DNA of 64,000 nt from Camelus dromedarius (taxonomy: Eukaryota): NCBI RefSeq assembly GCF_036321535.1, contig NC_087437.1:52454001-52518000 (forward strand), in the 5' to 3' direction. The translations under genes were made by a program, and so were the position numbers. The notes beneath the pieces were generated by a model. The model worked only from the letters and a program-made list of their open reading frames with translations, had not been told where the DNA came from and did no database searches. This document shows positions 55,344 through 64,000 of the stretch, in pieces. Numbering within the stretch: position 1 is the stretch's first letter; each line of letters opens with the position of its first letter.

Positions 55344-56359
55344 TCATACAACTCAATTAAAAAACAAACAAACAAACCCCAATCCAAAAATGGGCAGAAG
55401 ACCTAAACAGACATTTCTCCATTGAAGATATACAGACGGCCAATAGGCATCTGAAAAGATGCCCAATATCGCTAGTTATCAGAGAACTGCAAATCAAAAC
55501 TGCAATGAGGTATCACTTCATACCAGTCAGAATGGCCATCATCAAACAGTCCACAAACAATAAATGCTGGAGAGGGTGTAGAGAAAAGGGGAACCCTCCT
55601 ACAGTGTTAGTAGGAATTAGTTAGTGGTGCAGCCACTATGAAAAACAGTATGGAGACTCCTTATAAAACTAAAAATAGAGTTATCATATGATCCAGCAGT
55701 ACCACTCCTGGGCATATTTCCAGAGAAAACTCCAATTTGAAAAGATACATGCACCCCAGTGTTCATAGCAGCACTATTTACAATAGCCAAGACAGGGAAG
55801 CAAACTAAATGTCCACCAACAGATGACTGGATAGAGAAATGTGGCATATGTATACAATGGAATACTACTCAGCTATGAAAAAGAATAAAATCATGCCATT
55901 TGTAGTAACATGGATGGACCTAGAGATTATCATACTAGGTGAAGTAAGGCAGAAAGAAAAAGACAAACACCATATGATACCACTTATATGTGGAATCTAA
56001 AAAAAAATGACACAAATGAACTTATTTGCAAAATAGGAACAGACTCACAGACATAGAAAACAAATTTATGGCTACCAAAGGGAGAAGTGGGAGGAGGGAT
56101 AAATTGGGAGTTTGAGATTTGCAGACACTATTATATATAAAATAGATAAACAAGGTCCTACTGTATCGTACAAGGATATTAAACAGTTTATAATAACCTA
56201 TAATGAAAAGAATATGAAAAAGAATATAGATACATGTATGACTGAATCACCATACTGTACGCTAGAAACTAACACAACATTGTAAATCAACTACAATTTT
56301 AAAGGGCTGGGGGGAGCGGGAGGAGAAGCAAATGGGCAAAGAGAAAAAAAAAAAAAAAA
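55344..56359 (+). mobile_element. 5'-truncated young L1 (ORF2 end plus 3' UTR)
   Basis: aaatgggcagaagacctaaacagacatttctcc...gttcatagcagcactatttacaatagccaagac...aacacaacattgtaaatcaactac; poly(A) at 56344-56359. Confidence 0.92.
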
Positions 56360-57009
56360 GAGTACTGTCCTACACCAATTGGAGTTCTTTCTATGTGCCT
56401 TATAGCACCTAGCAAGAGGCTGGATCTAGTTGAATGAAGTTGCAAAGTCACACCTGATTCAGAGTTCATAAGTAGCGACATCTTTTTCACCAAGAAAACC
56501 ATTTTTTCCAAATCCTACCCTCTTTCAAGTTCTAAACTAAAACTCACCTCAGTGAAGCCTTCTCCAACTCTCATAGCCATAAATACTGTCTATTCTTCAA
56601 CCCAGAACTCCCCAAACTGCACTTAATTGACAGTACAATGAAAATACTTTCAGGGATGTATTATGGGTATTTAGGTACATGTGTGTCTATCCCGCTAGAC
56701 CACAGTCTCCTTGAAATGATGTCTTATAATCTTGTGTATCCCTCACAGTGCCCAGCATATGGTAGAGGACTCAATAATAAATCTACATGGTTCAAGCACT
56801 TCTTTCTTTGTCTGCAGAGCCCACCTGGGGTGGTGGTGGAAAGAATGATGTGAATTGCTCCATGCCTTTCAGAACATCTGAAACTGTTAACCATGGTAGC
56901 CTTTCTTGGACCCTCTCCTTCTTTGCTCAAGCATCACCTTTAAGCATCCATCCTTCTGAATAAGTTCTAAGAATGGCCTTAGAAGAAAGGTTGGGGATGT
57001 GAGAGGAAC

Positions 57010-58205
57010 AACTTAAGATGAGCCTGTGCATCTTGTTATGGCAGAAATTAAGAGAGAGTGTTTCAAAACATGTCCCAAGGACATAGGAGCCAGCTTGATG
57101 TGGCTTCTACTGACAGATCTGGAATAATTTGAGGACAAAATAGTTAAGGACAGTAATGAATTATAGGCCTTTGAAAAACATTGGGAATCCATGATTCCAT
57201 AACAAATAAATATATAAATAAACAAAGAAACAATACATACATGGAGAAGAGAGGAGGACTCTTTCTTACAATATAATGCTGAATGCAAACTGATAAATGA
57301 AGAGTGAATACTGGAGTTGAAACATCATTTTGCAATCATCATAATAAGGATTGTTTAGGCAAGAATTGTCAGTGGATGCTAAATCGAGGTTGGAATGGGG
57401 ATGTGGATCTTGAGGAGAAACATAATATTTGTATGGTTTTAAAGTGTCTCCCACAGATTGCTTATTAGTGATTAGGGGAGAAAATAGTAACTATAAGATG
57501 GAGAAATTGAACAACACCTTGACTAGGTTATCAAACTTGACATCACCAATGAGGAGCAGATGGACATCACATGCCTGTAGCTGTAACACTGAGGACACAG
57601 CATCCCCTGTGTAGTGTTCCGGGGGGAACGCATAGCCAGACTCTAACCAGGGGGGAAATCAGACAAAAATAAAATGAGGAGTATTCTTTTTTTTTTTTTT
57701 TTTTTAAAGAACCTGTGTTCTTAAAAGAAAGGTCAATGTCATAAATGACAAAGAAGGGCCATATAAATGTTCTAGATTAAAGGAGATTAAGGAGACAGCA
57801 TAAATATAGGCAATCTCTGGTCTCAGATTGGATTCTATAATGGGAAAAAAATGCTATAAAATAAATTATTGGCTCAATTGACAAAATTGGCATATGGACA
57901 CTAAATTAAATGAAAAGTATAGTATCAGTGTTAAATTAACTGAGGTTGATAACTGTACCATGGTTATATAAGAGAAAATCCTGATTCTCAGGAAATACAA
58001 CTGAAGTATTTATAAGTAAATGCCAAATTTATTCTCAAATGGTTCAGAAAAAAATATGGGATGGATAAATAGATAGGAAATGATAAAGCATATGTAACAA
58101 AATGTTAATAGATAAATCTGTAAAGGGTTATTGGTGTTCTGTGTCTGTTTTTTCAAATTCCTGCAGCTTTCCTGCAAGTTTAAAATTCTTTCCAAATAGA
58201 AAGCT
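57010..58205 (+). mobile_element. L1MC4/5-like 3' region
   Basis: gaaacatcattttgcaatcatc...gagaaaatagtaactata...actgaggttgataactgtacc. Confidence 0.7.
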
Positions 58206-59219
58206 TAAATAAAAGGAAGAAGAAAGGGCACAGGGCCGTATCAGTGATTTACAAAACAGGAGGGAGGTGGAGGGTTTTGATATCAGAAAACAAAAGTAGA
58301 TAGGCAGGCTGAGGCTTCTGCTAGACAGGGAAGAGGGAGCTGGAAATAAACTGAAGGTCAAGTTACAAGATGAAAGAGAAAGTAGGGAAGAAGGAGGGCT
58401 TTGGAGCCCTTGGGTACTAAGACAGAGTGTTAATTCTTGCAACATTATCTAAGGCCTTGATGAAGAACCATCATCGAATACAAGTTAAAAGTAAACCTTC
58501 GATTGACATTGGTATCCAGACACAATAATATAATGATTGGGAAAACTATTTTTTTTAATTATAATAATTATTTAAAACTGTGGTGTGACTCACTCTCCCA
58601 CCTCCTGCTAGAGAGAGAAGAGCCAGGTAGGAGGTGAACTGGAGGAACAGACAAGCCCCAGCTCCAAGCTGGAGATGGTCCTTCAGGGTATTCAGGAGAG
58701 GGGCAAGACCTTACAGATGATCATTCTTCAGCAGAGGGAACAGAAGGGGAAGACAGTTGACCTGCAACTGGCCAAAAGGACACAAATGTGCCCTGGGAAA
58801 CACTGTCCTGACTTCTTCCACTAAGAAAGCAGGACCCATTTATTTGCCCTGGGCCCCTATTCTCAATGACTCTGCACTTGCACACCCAGGAATTGCTCCT
58901 CCCTTATTCTGAGCTGCAGAGTGGCCTTAAGCCTGGGGTCTCTATCCTTCCTTAATAACCGGGACCCTTTCATGTATGCTTTTATTCGAAACTTCTTGCA
59001 GAGGCTCTGGTACTCAGGAGTGAGTGAACTTCCAAAACAGAATGAGCCAAAGAAGCCCAAAGAAGTTAAAAATTAAGGAGGCTTTGAAATCCCTCACTCT
59101 AGAAAAGACGTGGTTAAAAATTGAGCCCCAAACTCACACATTCCTCCTTTTACTCTATACTGTCTGGTAGCTTGTGCAGTAAGGCATGCTCACAATGTAA
59201 AATTGTCTTTTTCTTTTTC

Positions 59220-59500
59220 CCCCAGCTTTATTGAGATATAATTGACAAATAACCTTGTGTGAGTTTAAGGTGTACAACATGATGATTTCTTAATACATGT
59301 ATGTAGTAAGAAATGATTATCCCAATAAGGTTACTTAACACATCCATCGCCTCACATTGTTACCTCTTGTGTGTGTGTGTGTGTCCATGTGTGTGAGATG
59401 AGAACATTTAAGATCTACTCTCTTAGCAAATTTCAAATATCCAGTACCATATTGTTAACTATAGTCACCATGCTGTGCACTAGACGCCCAGAACTTACTC
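59220..59500 (-). mobile_element. L1MA-like 3' end
   Basis: cagctttattgagatataattgaca...gagaacatttaagatctactctcttagcaaatttcaa...ccagaacttactcatct. Confidence 0.8.
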
Positions 59501-60318
59501 ATCTATGTAAACATTTTCTCCATCTGTTGGCCCCTTTTATTTTTCTCTTCCTGTGGATCACTTGCTCTCTCAGAACATGGACTGAAACCGATCTGGTGCT
59601 TGTAGAGCAAGTCCCAGAGTAAATAATTGACTGTTTAATTAGTCATTTTATTGAGCAGGCGGAGTCACGGGGTAGGGCTGAGCCTCTGGGTCTTAGCCAT
59701 CAGTAAAGCTGGGTTTTGTTCCTGGTTATGACTGACTCACCAGGTGGCCTGGAGAAATTGTGTCATCTTTCACTTGCCACCTACCTGCCCAAGAGAGGAA
59801 TGTGGCAGAGATTAATTGTAAATGAGGCCCTTTCCAAAGAAGGGGACTGTTTAATTAATGTTTGTTCATTTTGAGCCAAATGAGGAATATTAGGTCAATG
59901 TGCCACATATATCTGAGTCCTTGGAAGACTCAGGGAGGTGTCCTGAAGCGTGGAGTCAGAGTTATTTTTCAGCAGAAACTGCCAACTTTAACATCTATGG
60001 AATGGTTCAACCAAGCTTTTTGACTTGCTGCGTTTTTACCAGGAGCCCTCAAAATTAACAGTTACTGAAAAGCAAGAAGGACAGAACAAATGGATTTTTA
60101 TTTTTCATTTGATGAAACCACCCTGACTTCAAGTATTTTTAAATGTCTTAGTTATTTTTATAATGGCATTATGCTCTGGAAAAGGCCATTGCTTTTGCTG
60201 TGTGGATTGTCCCTGTCTCTTTTCTTTGGGTTTTTTTGTTTTTGGTTTTTTTGTCCCATTTATGTATCTTTCTCATACTGGGAAGTTTACAGCCTGCTTT
60301 AGTTTTCCTGGTGTTGAC

Positions 60319-60460
60319 TTTTATTTTATTTTATTTTTTATTTATTGTGGGGTAGGGGGAAGTAATTAGGTTTATTTATTAAAATGGAGGTACTGGGGAT
60401 CGAACCCAGGACCTTGTGCGTATTAAGCACACACTCTACCACTGAACTGTACCCTCCCCT
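60319..60460 (-). mobile_element. tRNA-derived camelid-type SINE
   Basis: gtaattagg...atggaggtactggggatcgaacccaggacc...ctctaccactgaactgtaccctcccc. Confidence 0.85.
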
Positions 60461-61081
60461 ACTCCCTTATAACTTTAGTTGAAATACTTAGATAAGTGTA
60501 GGCTGTAGGTCAGAAGGAGACTACATGCAGAACTGCTCCGGACTTAGGTATATTTATTCAGATTTAATTTTCCTCCAATGTGAACTCCTGGTAAGGAGTT
60601 TTGGGCATCTGGAAACTGTATTTCAGACTACTGTGTATGTTTAACTTCTGCCTGCTACTGACCTTTGTCAGAACAGCTGTCTTTCCCTACTCTGCTCCCA
60701 TTCTTGCTTTGATAACTCAAGACGATGTCTAATGACCCTCCATTATAAATGATGAGGGTGTTAGCACACTCAGTACTTCTCCCTACTGACCCAGTGTCTA
60801 CCTCCTGATTTTTATTCATTATAAAATTACTTTTAGTTCATCTGGTGATTCCTTTTTCAGTTTAAAAATAAGTATTTAAGCTTTTATGTACTGGTGCATC
60901 AGTCACAGAGTTTCTGTTCTATTTACTGTATCTGTTCCAGCTCCTCATTCCCAACCAAGAAAAATGAGAAAGTTACGGCACTTACAGTGCCCCTTATACC
61001 CTCCTTGACCCCTCCTGCAGAACACACACATACGTACACTCACACAAACACACACACAGATGTGTCTTCATTGTCAAAATA

Positions 61082-62238
61082 CAGTCAATCCTCATTATTT
61101 GTAGATTTTGTATTTGTGAAATCACCTACCCGTTAAAATTTATTTGTAACCCCCCAAATCAAGCATTTGTCACCTCCAGCTCTGCAGCCTGGTAGTTTGG
61201 CTATGCCTTTGGCATCCACTTCACTCCATAGGATGGAGGGCCCCGTTTCTCCTTTTCCCTTCAGTGATTTCTCTCCTGCCTCCTCCTCCTCCCTGGTGGC
61301 AGATAGACCCTCCCACTTGGGGAGAGGTCAGCAGGAGACCTCTAGTTTACATTAGGAGAAAATGATTTGGCCTCCGCTTTCTCAAATCCAACTATGCCAA
61401 CAATAAAGCCGATACTTTGAGCCCTGTGTCAATTTCTCAATTGGCTGAAACTCAAGAGGGAAGAGTAGTGTGATTGCCACTCAGACTACAGCAGCAGACT
61501 GGAAACCCCTTGAGGGCAGAAACTGTTTCTTATTTTTAGTAAATTAAAAAATTGCATAGTATTTAACACATGTAAAAGAAGAATGCAAAATGTCTATAAA
61601 AGATAAAACACAGTAATAAACACTCTAAGTACCAAAAAAACTAAATGTGTTTGAACCCTTCACATCAACACGTGAGGGGCTTCTGCAGTCATTCACACAC
61701 ACATAGTCACATGCAGAGCGGCAAAAAACAACTGAGTTGCCCCACACGCCACTCACAGCTGAGGTTAAACAGAGCAATGCTCCGCCTTCTGGTTTCAGTT
61801 CTCATAACAAATGTCCTTTTCCCGGCCTATTCACTGCCATGTTTTTTGCTTCTTGTGCCTTTTCTTGGTGATTTCACTCTTTAAAATCCCCCAAACATAG
61901 TCCTGGAGTGCTGGCTGGTGTTTCTAAACTCAAGAAGGCTGTGATGTACCTTACAGAGAAAATGCAAGTATTAGATAAATTTTGTTTAAGTATGAGTTAT
62001 AGTGCTGACCATGAGTTCGATGTTAATGAATCAACAATATATATTAGCTAAGGTGTCTTTAAACAGAAACACACACAAAATAAGATTACATATTGACTGG
62101 TCAACAAAAATGTAACCAGAGCCCACCAGAATCTAGCCCTGTATTTCCCCAGGAGCAGTGGTTCATGAGCTGCTACTTCAGTGTTTGTAGTGACTTAATG
62201 GAACATGAAGTACCACAGATAATAAGGGTGAAGTGTGT
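61082..62238 (+). mobile_element. TcMar-Tigger element (MER82-like) split by an insert of about 490 bp
   Basis: TA|cagtcaatcctcattatttg...aaatttatttgtaacccc, resuming near 61654 with cagagcggcaaaaa...aagaaggctgtgatg...gttaatgaatcaacaatatatatt. Confidence 0.75.
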
Positions 62239-62383
62239 ATAAAATTACCTTCTGGAGCCGTATTTCCCTGGTTATATAGTTTTAGTTCTATCACGTACGA
62301 GGTCACTGCTCGCAGTGAGTCCTTTTCTAGGCTTCTCCATTCCCCCTGTGATGACTGGATCTTGCTTCCTTTTTAAGAAGGGT

Positions 62384-62532
62384 GGGGAAGCTATAGCTCA
62401 AATGGTAGAGCACATGCTGAGCATGCGCAAAACCCTGGGTTCAATCCCCCATACCTCCATTAAAATGATTAAATCAATAGACGGCATTATCTCCAGGCCC
62501 TTTCCCCCAAAACAACAACAACAACAAAAAAA
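62384..62532 (+). mobile_element. tRNA-derived camelid-type SINE
   Basis: ggggaagctatagctcaaatggtagagcacatgctgagcatgcgcaaaaccctgggttcaatcccc. Confidence 0.85.
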
Positions 62533-63329
62533 GGTAGTGGATAATATAGTTCCTAAGTGCATTCATATCTGTAAATGAATTCCTTGGCCTAACTGCAAAT
62601 GAATTCCTTGGGTATTCTTTCCCCCAGATTTATAGGCATAATCTACTTCCTTCCTATATTGAATTCCACTCCTGAGAACTTTTCCCCTTAAATGTTACTT
62701 GCTTTTTTGCTACCACAAACCTGAAGCATTCTTTCCTTATTCTGAAATAACTTCCCCACTAGCATAGAAGCTCCAAGATAACTGATCTATTTGTTCATCC
62801 ATTCTTGTATTCCCAGTGCCAAGAAAAGGGCCTGGCTCAGAGTTGGCTTCAGTAAATGTTTCCAGAATAAATGAATATCAACCTGTTAACACATTATTCA
62901 GCCATTCAGAATGATCCATATAAATACTATAAAGAGTGTATAATGGAATGTTTATAAAATAAATGAAGTGTGAAATGGTACATGCATTCTTACTGAAACT
63001 ATGGAAAAATATGCCTGCAGGTGACAAGGCCTGGAAAACAATATGCAGACAGAAATGGGTCACACTTCCATTTCCAGTGTTCTTTGTTTAAAATTGCCTT
63101 AGGTTATTAACCCTTTCCCCCTCAGAATTAATAACATCTTAAAAAGAAAACATTTACGTTTATCTTATTTTGGACCATATGACAAATTAGTTTAAGCTCC
63201 TTGAGGGCAGGCATTGTGTTATTATTTTTAGTTTAGCATTGTGTCCCTTGCACCAAGTGCAGAAACTTTTCTTATCATTGGGCCCAAAATTCTCAGGCAA
63301 TTCGGAGAACATGCAAGGACTGGATATAT

Positions 63330-63475
63330 ATGGGGGGGTTTTGTTTTGTTTTGTTGTTTTATTTTGTATTTTTATTGAAGTATGGTCAGTTTACAATGTT
63401 GTGTCACTTTCTGACAATACTTCAGTCATACAGGAACATATGTATATTTGTTTTCATATTCTTTTTCACCATAAA
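63330..63475 (-). mobile_element. Short young L1 3' end with 12-bp TSD
   Basis: tttttattgaagtatggtcagtttacaatgttgtg; TSD gactggatatat at 63318-63329 and 63476-63487. Confidence 0.8.
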
Positions 63476-63544
63476 GACTGGATATATGTGAAGAGCAAAT
63501 GTGTTAAGTTGCTTCACCCTCATAAATATAGTTCTTTAAACTTT

Positions 63545-63665
63545 TTTTATTTTTCAGCGGGAGGTAATTAGGTTTATTTATTTATTTGGTTTTTTCAATG
63601 GAGGTACCAGGGATTGAACCCATGACCTCCATGCGCTCTACCGCTTGAGCTATACCCTCCCCCTC
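63545..63665 (-). mobile_element. tRNA-derived camelid-type SINE with 16-bp TSD
   Basis: atggaggtaccagggattgaaccc...ctctaccgcttgagctataccctcccc; TSD tagttctttaaacttt at 63529-63544 and 63666-63681. Confidence 0.88.
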
Positions 63666-64000
63666 TAGTTCTTTAAACTTTATGTTGTACTTTAGAAACA
63701 CTTTATATTATTTCTAAAATGATTAACTACTTACTATATATGCCTTCAGAAAGCAAACCTCTTGTTCATCGTTTCATTGTTTTGTTATAAAGTCAAGTTT
63801 GCTCAGAGGTAGTATTAACAGAACTCAACTGAGAAACACAGAACATGGTAAACTGGTTTTTAAAGCTTACCCTCTTTTGTTAGAGTTTATTTGAAACAGG
63901 AGAAACTCTGCCTTTCCTCTTTAGACTAGTTTGAAATTCAGTCACTCTGAAATGCCATTACCTGTTTACAATTGGAAAATTACAATTGGATGGATGATGT

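Noticed and set aside
62573..62611. 15-bp direct repeat aaatgaattccttgg with a 9-nt spacer
   Set aside because: Only two units; an ordinary micro-duplication.
55271..64000. LIPH exon 1
   Set aside because: No ATG plus signal-peptide exon ending in a phase-1 donor was found; it is presumably beyond the window.

Overview
Mammalian genomic DNA, probably camelid (inferred from repeated tRNA-Ala-like SINEs resembling the camelid vic-1 family), covering the conserved MAP3K13-TMEM41A-LIPH block. It holds the last four coding exons and long 3' UTR of MAP3K13/LZK (+). It holds the complete five-exon TMEM41A CDS (-, 795 nt, 264 aa) with its CpG-island promoter. It also holds coding exons 2-10 of LIPH (-), intact with the Ser-Asp-His triad; exon 1 is not in the window. 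All inferred junctions are GT-AG and phase-consistent. The rest is intronic or intergenic DNA rich in L1, SINE, MIR, L2, MLT1 and DNA-transposon relics plus microsatellites. I see no evidence of a new multi-gene system. The most unusual items are an unidentified CpG-rich retrocopy-like insert in LIPH intron 8, back-to-back MAP3K13/TMEM41A poly(A) signals, a possible intronic poly(A) isoform of LZK lacking SDGLSD, and several small insertion footprints (poly(A)-only insert, 3' transduction, templated insert, duplicated MIR pair). Exon numbers follow the human orthologues from memory. Repeat family names come from visual recognition and their boundaries are approximate.
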